A stretch of DNA of 63,979 nucleotides, counting the filler, from Asterionella formosa (taxonomy: Eukaryota): the NCBI GenBank assembly GCA_002256025.1. It is 23 parts of 23 records of this genome, joined end to end, with 100 filler letters (N's around TTAATTAATTAA, not from the genome) between each part and the next. Parts side by side here need not be neighbours in the genome. Positions count along the whole stretch, not along the records: positions 47,722 to 48,881 come from NKIB01003979.1; positions 48,982 to 50,141 come from NKIB01003980.1; positions 50,242 to 51,400 come from NKIB01003981.1; positions 51,501 to 52,659 come from NKIB01003983.1; positions 52,760 to 53,918 come from NKIB01003984.1; positions 54,019 to 55,176 come from NKIB01003985.1; positions 55,277 to 56,434 come from NKIB01003986.1; positions 56,535 to 57,692 come from NKIB01003987.1; 15 more parts are not named here. One strand, 5' to 3'. The notes under the pieces are model-generated. The model ran no database searches, was not told the origin of the DNA, and worked only from the letters and a program-made list of their open reading frames with translations. Numbering within the stretch: the stretch's first letter is position 1; every line of letters begins with the position of its first letter. Both the position numbers and the translations under genes were made by a program. Shown piece by piece: positions 48,321 to 62,035 of the stretch.

Positions 48321-48506
48321 TGAATTTTAGCAAGAACATTTTATTATATATGCATTTATTTGATCTTATAAATGTGATCATACTATCATAGGTTGAGTTA
48401 CGAATGATTGTGAGTATTTGATAATGAATTTTAAGTCAACTGTTGTAATCATACGATAATATGATATTGACGGTACGATCTCTTTTGAGTGTACAGAACC
48501 CTACGT

Positions 48507-48775
48507 CACCTTGTTTGTACGAGATGAACGTGTGATTGTTGCGTACGAGTTACCTGGTGAGCAATCCTACACATCGATACAGATGTGTATAGGGTTAGGG
48601 TTATATCCTTGTTTGTAAGAGACTTGTTATTGCATACTCAACATCTCATACAGGTACCGGTACCAACGACACCTTGCTTGTTTGTACGAGAAGAACGTGT
48701 GATTGTTGCGTACGAGTTACCTGGTGAGCAATCCTACACATCGATACAGATGTGTATAGGGTTAGGGTTATATCA
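48507..48775. repeat. Direct duplication of about 100 bp
   Basis: ttgtttgtacgaga..gaacgtgtgattgttgcgtacgagttacctggtgagcaatcc...agggttagggttatatc occurs twice. Confidence 0.9.
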
Positions 48776-49672
48776 AATATATCGGAATTCAATAATGAGA
48801 GAACTCGACTAACACCCATTCTATACTTTGATGTCAGTTCAGGAAATGAGTTGTACATAAGGATTAATTAATAAGCTCATANNNNNNNNNNNNNNNNNNN
48901 NNNNNNNNNNNNNNNNNNNNNNNNNTTAATTAATTAANNNNNNNNNNNNNNNNNNNNNNNNNNNNNNNNNNNNNNNNNNNNATGGATGGTAAACAGAATA
49001 AATCAGACGACTACATAATCAAACGAACATTTTCATGGCTGTCATGATATCTAGTCATCAACATTCTATTTTAAAATCACATCCACACATGCAACGAGCT
49101 GTTAGAATGGTGGTCGCATTACCAACATGCAACTGTCACAAGATACCACAACCCAAAGTTCACCCGCAATTTTGCTGCATACTACTAGCTAGTATTTCAG
49201 AGATTGACGAGACAGCATGGACTTCGGTTGATTGCTGCGATAATCGATCATCGCTTCATACAAATGAGCACATCCGTAGCTAGCAATGACAAAGGTGAGC
49301 CGTGGCAAAATGTAGACCGATCATATGGTTTCGCAATATTTAATGACAAGGACAAAGAAAAGTTCATGCCGACAAGATTCTACAACACACCGGTACGTAC
49401 TGACATGTATGTATGCGCATCCATCAGGTACCAGGTACCTGGTACCTCGTACCGGTATTGATACTCCATAATATCATAGTAAGTCATAAGTACCGTCAAG
49501 TATAATTCTCTATTTATCTACCGGTACATCAATGCTCGATGTCAGGTGCCTATCAGGTACCTGTTGCCTGGTACCGGTACATCCAATGCATCACGTACCG
49601 ACCTCAAGCTAAGTACGGTATGAACCATCAGAATCCGTCATCCGTTTTACACTGTACAAAAGTATTGAATGC

Positions 49673-49830
49673 AGGGAGTCATTATTAGGTTTTCCCGCAC
49701 CTAAAATTCCAAGAACTGAAAAGGAAGTTTAACTTCGTCTGTAGCCTTGTACCAACATTTGTCTGTAGGACGAGAAAATATTCTCAATCATTTCCTGAAT
49801 TTTAGGTGCGGAATAACCTAAAATGACCCT
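49673..49830. mobile_element. MITE-like inverted repeat
   Basis: taggttttcccgcacctaaaattc pairs with gaattttaggtgcggaataaccta, with weaker extension outward. Confidence 0.6.
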
Positions 49831-52800
49831 CAGGGGCAATTAATTTAACCTAAAATTCCCCACCTTCTTGCTTCTCGCTAAATTCGCCAGCAAACGTCAT
49901 TTTTGTGTGTTCCTTTCTCGTCGTTGTCGTCACCGCTGACGTCCAGCACATCCTATTGACGTCATGAACCGGCAAGAGTGCCATCATCAGCCATGTTTCG
50001 GCATACGCTCTCTCGAAGTCTGCCTCTGGAGAATACCTCGGTAAGCATTGATGCATTACTTTCTCACTTTTTTCGTCACTTTCGGAAACTTGATTTTTGT
50101 AAACATCGTAGATACGTCATAAGTAGCTTTCCTGGCATCACNNNNNNNNNNNNNNNNNNNNNNNNNNNNNNNNNNNNNNNNNNNNTTAATTAATTAANNN
50201 NNNNNNNNNNNNNNNNNNNNNNNNNNNNNNNNNNNNNNNNNAACAGTATGAGGATAAACTTTTTGTGGCTAATAGCAAACAAATACCTATAATAGTGCGT
50301 GTGTTCTAATGCCAACGTTAATAATTATTTTGATATTTTAACAAGAAACGAATACATTATTGAGTCCCACAGGAAAAGAGAGTTCTGAAAATGTTTGAAT
50401 CATCTGTTGGAAATCGAGCCCAAGCATTGCCATCATCGCAATTCACCAATCCTTTGCTTACCATCAGTCAATTCGAATTGGAGCGCTCTGAACGATGTTG
50501 ATAATGAAGCGCTTCAATGACAGAAGCAAGAGCACGGTTAAGAAATTTCATTCACAAACAATACAACAACAAAGCCTTCACCAATTTGGACTACTAACAT
50601 CATGTTGCATGGAACAAACGGAGCTGACTGTTGCCTTTCCAATCATTCGACGATTCACTGATCCTTCAATTGCATCGAAAGGAGCATTGAGACAGAGATG
50701 GTGTCTCTGAAGCACTCCTGAACTGAACAGAACCACGATGATAGGTGAGAAATAATTCAAAGGCGATTTTTCGGTATGTCTAAGAAAGTCGCAGGACCTA
50801 CATGCTATCATGGCGTAAAGCAATTTCAATTCCTCAAGCATGACACCTTACTTATTATTATGAGCATTCTCTGTTCCACTGATGGAGATGAGTGAAACAG
50901 TGAGACAATGGTTTCCGCACATCGTTGTAAAGGATAAGAAATATAACTTGGAGGTATTATTTGTTTTGATGTCAATAAATAGCGTTGACTCAGTGATGAT
51001 TTCCCGTGTGTATATATATATACCGGTACTATGCTATCATATGCAATCAGTACAGAATAATTTGAACAAGAACATATCATATGCCAGCCAGAGACATAAA
51101 AAAATTGAAAGTATACAATACTTTATTATAATATGAAACACAAAATGACAGTTTTATATGATCAATAAACCTAGCCAAAATTTTGAAAGTATACATTACT
51201 TAATGATCATATAAATCGAAAATTACGGTTTTATCAATATGCATCATACTATATGATATTGTATGTACACTTTACCAGCACTATAGACCAATACAGGGTC
51301 AACCTTGACTTGCAAAATGCTGTCACCTTGTATTGGGATGAGATGTAGTACCGCCAAAACCCAATACAGGGCGGGGCAACCTTGAATTTGGAAAATATTG
51401 NNNNNNNNNNNNNNNNNNNNNNNNNNNNNNNNNNNNNNNNNNNNTTAATTAATTAANNNNNNNNNNNNNNNNNNNNNNNNNNNNNNNNNNNNNNNNNNNN
51501 AAGTTTACTGCATGATCATAATTATATGATACATTGATCATATTTTTGATCGAAAAACTATCATATATGTGAAAATCCTGTGCCACTTAGCGTACGATAC
51601 CCTTGATCATATTTTCATGATTTTTTTTATTCACAGACAAATGTATTAGTTCTTTCCAAAAACATGATTTTTCGGTTCAATACAGTGTAGTTATTGTGAT
51701 TGGCTGGAGCATCCTGCATCATGTTGTTGCAGCCTTGACCATAACGAAAATAGCGGAAATCTCTACGAAAATTTAGAACGACACTCACCTATTCAGTTGA
51801 TGTATGAATCACGACATAGACAATACAATCTTAAAAGAATTATTGAAATAGCACCAATATTGACGACGAAAATTGAATTCGCAAATTGCATTAATTTCAT
51901 GCATATTCCTTCATTTTTGGTGCGCTCCATGCATTTTGATGTGATTTCTTTGTCTAAACTTCGTTTCCTATGTATTTAAGGTTGCGGCCCCGGCTTAACC
52001 CTAGTTTGCTGAAAATATCGCTAGGGTTGTGAAAACGGCGTGGAACAGGGAGTTTCCTACTATGAATTCCCATGATTCAAGTGTCCATTTGAATATTTGA
52101 ATGAAATAGGAATCGGCGCCATATTGATAAAGTTCCATTTGAAACAAACAAAAATGATATTTAAACGTAAATACTATATGTCCATTGCTGAATGTAGACA
52201 TGATTTTTCTCAATGCCAAAACACATATATAAATCAGGAGTATGCCAACATGCATGCTCATGGTTCGTGTTTGTACGTTATACTGAATCTACGCACGCTG
52301 CTGGATGTTGATTTGATAAAGATCAGCACGGTACCAGGTACCGAAGTACCGAAGGACCCTGGTACCAGAGTACCTGTCTACCGGTTCTACCTGGTAGTAC
52401 ATTTTGTTCTACATTTTATATTACGGACAAGGACAGATGCGATGGAGTTATACCAGTCGAGCACCAGACGCACTAGAAAAACCACGCGATGCGAATCGAA
52501 GGAGTCGAAGCTGAGAAATTAATATAGCGACGACGCGACTATTAAGTTCTAGCTTTTAGAGTTGAATCGAACAACCAAGAATCGGCAGCTAAGACAACAA
52601 GGGAAGAAGACAGCAACCACGCGAGGTTAAACAAGAAAGTAGTAGTACAGGGGTGAAGCNNNNNNNNNNNNNNNNNNNNNNNNNNNNNNNNNNNNNNNNN
52701 NNNTTAATTAATTAANNNNNNNNNNNNNNNNNNNNNNNNNNNNNNNNNNNNNNNNNNNNACGCATAAATTTGCTACTTACCGGTACTTATTATCTGAAGA

Positions 52801-54018
52801 TGGCTCATAGCACAGCCCAATGTTTGGACCTGATTTTAGCTACCGGTATGGCTGTGTATGTAGAGCATCTGAACCCAACTGCATGTAAGTACATCCTATC
52901 GACAAAAAGCCAAACCAATTTAAGCTTCCGGTCATAATGAATTACTGTGCATTTCTCTTGTTTTAAAATATGGCTCACGCTGGCAGCATAACGCCAACCA
53001 GTGCACCGGTGATAGTAGGTGTACACAACTGTGCCATCTGTTTGTGTACTTTCAGACTCATGTATAATCGAATACCGGTCCCTGATGATTGCGACAATGA
53101 TATCATAACGGTACTGTACCAGGTACTGGTTCCTAAATATCTACACAAGAATAACAATGGTATGTACTATTTTATATGATTTGCATGATTGGGAGAGTAT
53201 TTAGCTAAGGGATTAGCATAGCACAAATATCAAGTCTGAAGATCGAAATAAGATGCATCTGCCACCCCGGCATCTGAATCCTATCTGCACACAACAAGTT
53301 CTCCATGTGTATACCAGATTTGTATAGATAGACTACTAAGTAAATTTGATTTTGTACTCCTGTAGTAGGGGGGCGATGATTCACTCAACATCTCCACTAA
53401 AATTCTCAATGAACCATTCCTATTTCACACGTAAATCTAGCCTAAAATAAACGAGTTAATCGTTCAATATACAAATTGCATCAATATTGAAAATAAAAAC
53501 TGAAATCACCGCTAGAAGTTTTTTGTCGTCGTTTGAACAATTTAAAGATATTACCAAAGTAGAGACATCTTTGAATCCGCAGTTTCTCGCTTGATAACTG
53601 ATTATAGATGATTATTTACTTTACGAATTAACGAAAAAACTTAAGAAAATGAAATCTCGGAAAGGGCGCAACAACTCAAAATGCAAGAAAATACCTACAT
53701 GTTTGTTTTGTGCTGAGTTTCATGTACACACTAATTGTTGTGGTTCATATTCCTATGGAATCTTGATTAGGTCATTTTGCTGTTTAACAAAGACATTAAA
53801 CAAGACACTGCTTGTTCTTTAGGTGACTAGAAATACTGCATCGCGAGAACTATCACTAATTCCCCTCACTAACCCATTGTGTATTTTCGGAGGACACATT
53901 CTTTGTGAAATGAAGTTANNNNNNNNNNNNNNNNNNNNNNNNNNNNNNNNNNNNNNNNNNNNTTAATTAATTAANNNNNNNNNNNNNNNNNNNNNNNNNN
54001 NNNNNNNNNNNNNNNNNN

Positions 54019-55107
54019 GACTCGATCAGTCACAGCATGTTCTCTAGCCAGTTCTGACTCTAATGTTCTAGCCAGCACTCTGGAGGTTGGTGAGCCAATG
54101 TTTGTCCTTGACTCCAATGTTGATAAGTCTGTATATTTCATCGTTTCCTTTAAATCTGCAAGTTCTGTTTCTAGCGCTTTGTTCTTCGTTTCCAGTGTTT
54201 CCACTTGTATTTGCATGGAATCTTTCAAGACAGCAAGCTGATGTTCCAGTCCCTCTTTTTGAGCTTGCAATGTTGCATTGTCACGATGAGACATGATCAA
54301 TTCTGTTTGTACTTTTTCTGTGGATGACTTCCAAGTCTCCAATTCTGCTTCAATTCGTTTCATGCTAGTCTCTAGACTAATATTCTTTTGTGATAGTTCC
54401 ACACACGTTTGTTCAGCAAATTTGACTTCCTTGACCAGCGTTTGATTTCGTTCCAACATGGAGGATGGAGGGGAAGGGACTGTTCGTTGTTTGGTTGGTT
54501 CTTCCGATGCCGTTGCCTCAATATGGTGATGGTTACAATCCAGTGTCTCGTCTATCCCAATTTCCAGCGACTCGGGCAATGCGTTCTTGCGAAGCCACTT
54601 TCGTAAAAGTGGATCCCTGGGAGGAGAATCGTCCCAGCCAGTGGAAGAAGTGGAAAGAAAGGATGATCCTAGTAAGGAGGGATCTTGCAACAAGAGATCC
54701 ATGGGCAGTGTCTGGTCCAAATCCATCATGGCCCATGCCGACGTATTGGTGGGATCGTTGTACTCGTCGTTGACTTCATCGTCTTCTTCTTCTTCTAGGG
54801 TGACTGCCATTGGAATTCCCTGATCCTGTAGTGCTGCTGTTCTAGGTGTAGGTGCAACGATCTTGGTGGCATTCTTCTCCTTCATGCGCTTCCAAACAAC
54901 AGCATGCTTGCCACCAACCGGAGGAGGTTTCTGAGCAAGCTGATCCAACAGAGAGTGAGTGGAAGCATACCATATTTAATTGTATACATACAGGTAATTG
55001 TCTCGTCATGATGAATATCTCTCGATATTGATCTCCTCGACAAAGCTGTGTCGTTCACTCACCTGTTGTATCATCGCTAGATCAGCACTTGATGCTGCCG
55101 TCGCCAT
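54019..55107 (-). CDS. Coiled-coil protein, 5' part, 2 exons (55107-55063, 54939-contig end)
   Basis: MATAASSADLAMIQQ|LAQKPPP joined by a GTGAGT..CAG intron. Heptad-rich C-terminal region. Confidence 0.7.
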
Positions 55108-56117
55108 GGTGATGGTGTTCGAGTGAACGAACGACAATACGAATATAGAATACCGGCAGATTTATTACCGGAAATTNNNNNNNNNNNNNNNNNNNNNNNN
55201 NNNNNNNNNNNNNNNNNNNNTTAATTAATTAANNNNNNNNNNNNNNNNNNNNNNNNNNNNNNNNNNNNNNNNNNNNCTCATATGCATTCCCTATGCTAAT
55301 TATCTATCATACTAGGGCTACGGTGGCTACTCTATGTACTCTGAGCATGATTCCAGCCATATCTTTATCCCAGATTAATTTGTTGATTTAAGGTTCCTGC
55401 ATTGCAACCCTAAGGCAAAAATTACAATATTGCTTAGGGTTGCCGATATTCCCTGGAACTAAGAATTTATATGAGCTATTTTTGAGTTACATGATTCCAT
55501 TTGAAATATTCAAATCAGTGGAAATTTGCGCGTTCATGCCTACTAGATTCCTTTTCAAATTCGCTGAATACCGGGGTATATAGCTAGATAGATTGTACAT
55601 CTGTATGTATATACCGGTATACACTCTATACACCAAGTGACGGTTGATGTGTCATACGACCCGGCGGCTCCGCAAATATTTGAAGTGCTTTCTAGGAGTG
55701 GTTCGCATGTGTCAAATGATAATCATCTACCGGTACCCGTAGTGGATATGCTGGTACCGGCATACCGACGATCAGCCACCAAAGAAATTTTAAATCCAGT
55801 GTGACCGGTGTGGGTTTGCAAGACCTCTCAAACCGGGCCAATCAAATATCGCTAAGTAATTGAACTTGACCAATCAAAATATTTATAGTGAAGCGGACAC
55901 TTACAATGGAACTTTTGTACAGAAGATTGTAGGACGAAAAACTGAATCACAAGCAAGACTTCAGTTCCGATGATGACGTTTTGGCGATTATTGATTCTGA
56001 TTCCGACGTTTTGGAGACCGTTGAGAAGGCCAATATTGTCGAATTTTTTAACGACAATAGCAAAGAAGACTTAAGTACATAGGGAATCTTCATATAGCCC
56101 CAGAAGTTAACTTTCGG

Positions 56118-56236
56118 CGAGAAAGTGCAGAAAGGAACTTCGGTTTTTTAATTAGGCCAAATAAACGAGTTGGCCCAGTAAAATCCACTATTTCCAGCAT
56201 AGTTAAAAAACCGAATTTCCTTTCTGCTTTTTCTCG
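56118..56236. repeat. ~37-bp inverted repeat (hairpin or MITE-like)
   Basis: cgagaaagtgcagaaaggaacttcggttttttaatta pairs with tagttaaaaaaccgaatttcctttctgctttttctcg. Confidence 0.8.
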
Positions 56237-57044
56237 ACATATCCTGTATCCTGACGATATATAGTGTTGACCTATAGTACCCCTATCTTATTTTGTCAGA
56301 AGACTTTATCTAAGCATATGGAAAGGTTGCATATTGGTGAAAGCTCCGTTTAGCGATATACATTTATGTTTCACTCGTAAGAAGTGTGTGTTTGAGTTCT
56401 CTGACTCAATATTATTTTTTAACCCTACCTCTAANNNNNNNNNNNNNNNNNNNNNNNNNNNNNNNNNNNNNNNNNNNNTTAATTAATTAANNNNNNNNNN
56501 NNNNNNNNNNNNNNNNNNNNNNNNNNNNNNNNNNTTTTTTTTCTATTTCTCATTTGATGCTACTTATTACATCGCATTTCATACTTTGGTTGCTCCAAAC
56601 ATCATGTTCAATTTTCATTGATGTTGCATGTTACAATCATTCTCGTGTGTTTTACGCTTGTTGTACCATCTCTATGCATATTACAGATATTCTGGTTGTC
56701 ATGCTAAAATCGGCAATTTTATTGCCGAAAAATTCGATGTGCCCCATATTGCCCTTAAATAAAAATTACTTAAGAAATTACTTAGAGCCTAAAAATTACT
56801 TAGAAGTACCCGAATGGCAAGACGATAGCTGGAGCGGGAATTGCTAGTACACTAGCTTTCACTACGGTCTTAAAGGGTTGCACTGGGGGTTGAATTTTTT
56901 GCATGTACCACCCTGGTTCGATACCAGGTACCCTGGTACCAGGTACAGTACTCCAATTCCTGTTGGTACGACCAGTTACCTGGTACTGGTACCTGGTAGA
57001 AGGTACCGATATCTGGGAAACTGGTACCAGGGTACCTTGGTACC

Positions 57045-57290
57045 AGGTACCATCATTTTCGTGATCATGTGTGGCGCAAAATTATCCGCATTGAGCATGT
57101 CGACACGGAGGATGAGGTGGCTGATATGTTCACCAAACCACTCCCCCTGATGACTTTTTTGCGTCATCGCAAATCGTTGCAGCGCTGGTGACCATCACGT
57201 GTATGTTGCGCAAGTTGTCTGCTCGAATAAGGGAGTGTGAGAACATTCGAATGTCCTACGGGTAACTAGTCGTGCAATCCCTGTATGAAA
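57045..57290 (+). mobile_element. Ty1/Copia 3' remnant: RNase H tail, PPT and LTR start
   Basis: YHHFRDHV..IIRIEHVDTEDEVADMFTKPLP..FLRHRKSLQRW*, then AAGGGAG-TGTGAGA at 57236. Confidence 0.8.
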
Positions 57291-57792
57291 CTATCTGATG
57301 GGTTTCCGGATTTGTTTTCGTTTGTTGTTGTTGGATTCGATTTGTAACTTGCTTCAGATGCCGATGCCGTTTCCATCAAAGCTGGGTCCTCCTCGACAAA
57401 TGGTTGGTGGCAATATCAGTATCGATTGGAGAGGTGGTATGGGCGATGTTACAGGTGTCATTCATGTATATCCATTATCTTGCTTAGGACCGCTTGTCGA
57501 GGCCACCAGGACAAAATGAAAAGATCGGTTGCTTATTCTTGACATTGTCATTGCCGTTCCTGTTGTAAACCGGTATACCTTGCTTTAGGATGATTGACAT
57601 GTCTTATGATCATAATGCAAACCCTATTTGCTGCGAGCATGCCATTTCGGGCAAGGTCAATGTCCACAAACTCCCTGGTATCATAGCTTTGANNNNNNNN
57701 NNNNNNNNNNNNNNNNNNNNNNNNNNNNNNNNNNNNTTAATTAATTAANNNNNNNNNNNNNNNNNNNNNNNNNNNNNNNNNNNNNNNNNNNN

Positions 57793-58638
57793 ACCCCTTA
57801 TCGCTCTGGCCTGGTCTATGACCGCATTGTGCCTGATGGTGCTGAACTTTCCCCCAAAGCTCGCGCGGCCATTATTACACAATACCAGTCACTCATTGGG
57901 GCTCTCAATTGGCTGGCTGTCAGCACACGTCCTGATGTCTCTGTGGCCCTCACTCTCCTGGCTCAGCACAACTCCTATGCCACCCCTGCTCACCTTTTAG
58001 GTGCCAAGTATGTGTTACGATACCTGGCTGGCTCTGCCGCTCATGGCATTGCCTTTACCTCGCAATTTGCTTCCTCATACCTCTCCACCCCCTTTGGCTG
58101 GCCCAAGGACACTCCCACTCTCCCCACTTACACCGATGCCAACTGGGGCCCCCAAGATGCTTCCCAACCCAACCCCACCGACATCATCTCTCTTGCCGAG
58201 TGTTGCTCCCTTCTTGGTTCCATCAGTACACGTACAGGTGGCCCCATTGCCTGGCATGTCATTCGTGAACCTCGTGTGAGCCGCAGTACCTGCGAATCTG
58301 AAATCAAATCTGCAGATGAGGGCACCAAGGTTACCCAATTCATCCGCCATATCCTTAGTGACCTCCACATGCCTGATGTAACTCTCCCCACCCCTCTTTG
58401 GAATGACAACCGAGGTGCTGTGGACTGGTCCCACAACTGTGCTAACAAAAAGATGCGGCATATTAATATCCGCAACATGGCTGTGCGCGACGCTCACCGT
58501 TTTTCCGAAATCTTTGTCACCCACCTCCCAGGGGATACCAATGTTGCTGATCTGTTCACCAAAGAACATAAAGATGATGCCCATTTTCTCCGCCTCCGCA
58601 ATATTATTGTCCCGTCTCATGGGAATTTTCTCACTTGA
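57793..58638 (+). mobile_element. Ty1/Copia pol 3' part (RT end + RNase H), open frame
   Basis: YQSLIGALNWLA..TRPD, YTDANWG, SRSTCESE, DNRGA, KMRHINIR and ADLFTK. Confidence 0.95.
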
Positions 58639-58644
58639 GGGGGG

Positions 58645-58815
58645 TGTTGGTACCATATACCGGTTACTCCGTATATCCTACCAAGATTCCTGTAAGTGCT
58701 TAATTCCCGTGAGTACTGGTCCCTCTACAGCTAGTTAAATACTACTTTAGAATCTCAGTTCCTTGTTAATGTAGCTGCCGCTGGCATCCGTTGCAAGCGT
58801 TTCTCCCTCTCAACA
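58645..58815 (+). mobile_element. Copia 3' LTR (171 bp) preceded by a PPT
   Basis: GAGGGGGG followed by TGTTG...CAACA inverted termini. Confidence 0.8.
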
Positions 58816-59050
58816 CACACACCGATATGTACCCTGATGGTATCAGGTACCACTGGTACCTGGTACCAAGGTAACTACAGGAAGAGGGTTGAATGATGAG
58901 GCCGTTGCTAACGGTGGACCAAAACGCACACCAAACAGTGTTTTGGTTTCNNNNNNNNNNNNNNNNNNNNNNNNNNNNNNNNNNNNNNNNNNNNTTAATT
59001 AATTAANNNNNNNNNNNNNNNNNNNNNNNNNNNNNNNNNNNNNNNNNNNN

Positions 59051-60208
59051 ATATGATACGGTGCCCCACGAGGCACTCTTTGCGAAACTATCCCGGTTTG
59101 GGATCAGGGGACGTTGCCTTGCTTTTCTACGTGCCCTTTATCGCAGCAGTACAATCAGGGTACGAGTGGGGGGTGGCTTGACTGCCCTTTACTCGGACCC
59201 CTGCAGACTGTTGCGAGGTGTGCGGCAGGGTTGCCCTCTTTCGCCTATACTGTTCAACATCTTCATTGATGACTTGGCAGTGGGGACGGAGGAGAGCGGT
59301 GCCCTGGTACCAACTGGGGACAGTCGCACATGGCGGAACTCCACACTGACAGTGGGATGTACCCTCTTTGCTGATGATGCGGCCGGAATATGGCTGTGGG
59401 GCACCACTGGTGGTGGGCACCCTTAACATCAATGGGCTGCAGCGGAAAAAAACCGATCTTCGGTTTCTGTTGCAACAAACCCGGTGTGATGTTATGGCGG
59501 TGCAGGAGACGCTGCTCCGATCAACGGATTGGCAGCTTCGTTTGCCAGGTTACCATTGCCTCACAGCAATGGGGGACCTGACAGCGTCGCAGCGAGGTGT
59601 GGCAATACTGGTGTCGACCAAATTCAACTGTACCCCAGTTGGTAAGGCCACACCATTTTGGACTTTTGCGAGAGTCTATGGGGCCACCCTCTTGAGGCCT
59701 TTTCTTGTGGGAACAATTTATGTCCCATGCAGAGCGTATCGCATCCGAGTGCTCAGGGCCCTGCCCCGAGCCTTGGACGCTCTACATCGGGAGTTTCCAG
59801 AAGATCCCATTGTGATGATGGGAGACTTCAACATGAAGATGATGGAGCTGCAGATTCTGATGGGACCGTGGCGGCTTCCCTTTCGGGTGTTACCCATCCG
59901 AGGGGGGGCCTCCACTCGCCAAAGCCGGCGGGAGGGACAGCCAACACCTGCCATTGATTTCATCACATATTGTGGTGACACAGTGGCGGCTGTCCCCCCT
60001 GCCAGGGTCCTCGACACATGGGATATTTCGGACCACTTCCCAGTTGTTGCGGACCTACCTGGGCTTACCAGAATCCCAGAGATGGGGATTGCCCCACCAC
60101 GGCCGGAATCACTGTACCGGCGGATTGTGATGGAGGAGAAGGAACTCAAAGTAACCGTGGCTAATAGTAACTATTGGCAGCCACTAGCTGACTCGCTGGA
60201 AGAGGACC
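59051..60208 (+). mobile_element. LINE fragment: RT core (59051-~59390) joined out of frame to an APE endonuclease (~59400-60208)
   Basis: YDTVPH, GVRQGCPLSPILFNIFIDDL and LFADD, then TLNINGL, AVQET, GDFN, IDF and SDHFPV. Confidence 0.92.
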
Positions 60209-61732
60209 NNNNNNNNNNNNNNNNNNNNNNNNNNNNNNNNNNNNNNNNNNNNTTAATTAATTAANNNNNNNNNNNNNNNNNNNNNNNNNNNNNNNNNNNN
60301 NNNNNNNNAAAAAGAAAACGGAAAAAGAAATGATGGAACAAAATTATAAGAATAATGCTAACAGTAGCACTACTACTGGTATGGAGCAGGCCATGGACTG
60401 CAATGAACATGAAATGCTGAATTATGATGATGATGCGGAGGAGGAGGATGAATATGACAGTGATTCCTTCCAGGATGGAATTTCTGATGAAGGGGAAGAT
60501 GAAGGTGTTGATGACGATGAGTATGACAGTGATGATGACGACGAGAATGAAAATGACAGTGACGACGACAAGACGAAGAAATAAAGAAACATATTTGTAG
60601 CTAGAAAAAGATTGGCAATCTATTTCAGAAATCATCCTAATGTTCATTGTTGCTCTTCATTCATCCATTTACCAACATTGCTCCCCCACTTATGAATGAA
60701 TATAAGATACTACATGATATTTTTTCATTTGAATGGAGACTCTACGACAGGTTAACCAGCAAACTTTGAGCAGGGACCATCAAGCAATGTCAGGAGTAGA
60801 TTTTTCATAGGAAAAATTTTAGAAAGCAAAAGATGATGCCTCATCAAAAATGCATGGACCTACCAAATACCGGTATATGCATGAAAAATGATCACACAAA
60901 ATGATTGTGACAAGCATCGAAAAATTCAAAATGTTGTTAAGTAACCAAAGTTGTGAAACAGAAATCAAAAGGTAGGGTATGACAATCACAAACAATGAGT
61001 TGAATAAAAAATGAAAAAGAAAATGGGCCAGCAAAAAATCATGTGAAAAATTGTCAAAGCATTTTCATTAACAATTGTCAACTCACACTTTTTGTCATTG
61101 CAACGAAATCTAGAGAAGGAGGTGATCAGAAAGGCTTTTGGAATTCAACAGAAAGGGAACCAAAATTTTGGCACCACTCTGATGAAGCAAGTAAGATCTG
61201 ACGATATTGCCATGCATGTCCCATAAGAAGTCAAATTATCTAACAACCAGCCACATCCATTTGGTGAAGAGTCATTACTTGAGTCATCAATGAAAAGAGT
61301 TTGTATACATTGGAGCATGCTGGAGGATAGCAGGGTCATATATAGTGGAATTGCCATCAACACTTTACAGAAAACCATCATTTTCTGCCTTCGTGTGGTT
61401 CATCCTACTCTCATCCAATTTCAGCAGTGAATTTTCCTAAAGTGAATGGCAGTCAATTGAGGGGCNNNNNNNNNNNNNNNNNNNNNNNNNNNNNNNNNNN
61501 NNNNNNNNNTTAATTAATTAANNNNNNNNNNNNNNNNNNNNNNNNNNNNNNNNNNNNNNNNNNNNTCAGGTGTTGCAAACTACAATGAAATGAATCATCA
61601 GCCACTACATATAATATTTTACACTGTCTAGATATGATACCATAAAACCAACAGTGCTATTTACATTATCATATACAAAATCAGAACCGAGTTTGAGTAA
61701 TAGCATATCTTGTTTTCAATGATACGATTATA

Positions 61733-62035
61733 CGATCCTAAAAATATGATGCTTTACTGTCCCGCTGCAGTCATGATCATATGGTGTTCTGTTGCTCGCT
61801 TACTACTCCGACTACTCTCTTTCAATTTCATGATCGTACAATCCTAAAAATATGATGATTTACTGTCCCGCTGCAGTAGCAACAGTCATGAACATTTTGT
61901 GTTCGGTTGCTTGCTTACTACTCCGACTATCCTTTTTCAATTTTATGATCATAAGATCCTAAAACTATGATGATTTACTGTCCCACTGCAGTAGCAACAG
62001 TCATGAACATATGGTGTTCTGTTGCTCGCTTACTG
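61733..62035. repeat. Tandem repeat, ~105-116-bp unit, about 3 copies
   Basis: atcctaaaaatatgatg..ttactgtccc(g/a)ctgcagt...gttgctcgcttact recurs three times. Confidence 0.88.

Noticed and set aside
48590..48772. Telomeric TTAGGG repeats
   Set aside because: Only about two units, internal to a local duplication.
60309..60647. Acidic 84-aa ORF and its hydrophobic antisense ORF
   Set aside because: Low-complexity GAT/GAC tract at a contig edge; no assignable family.
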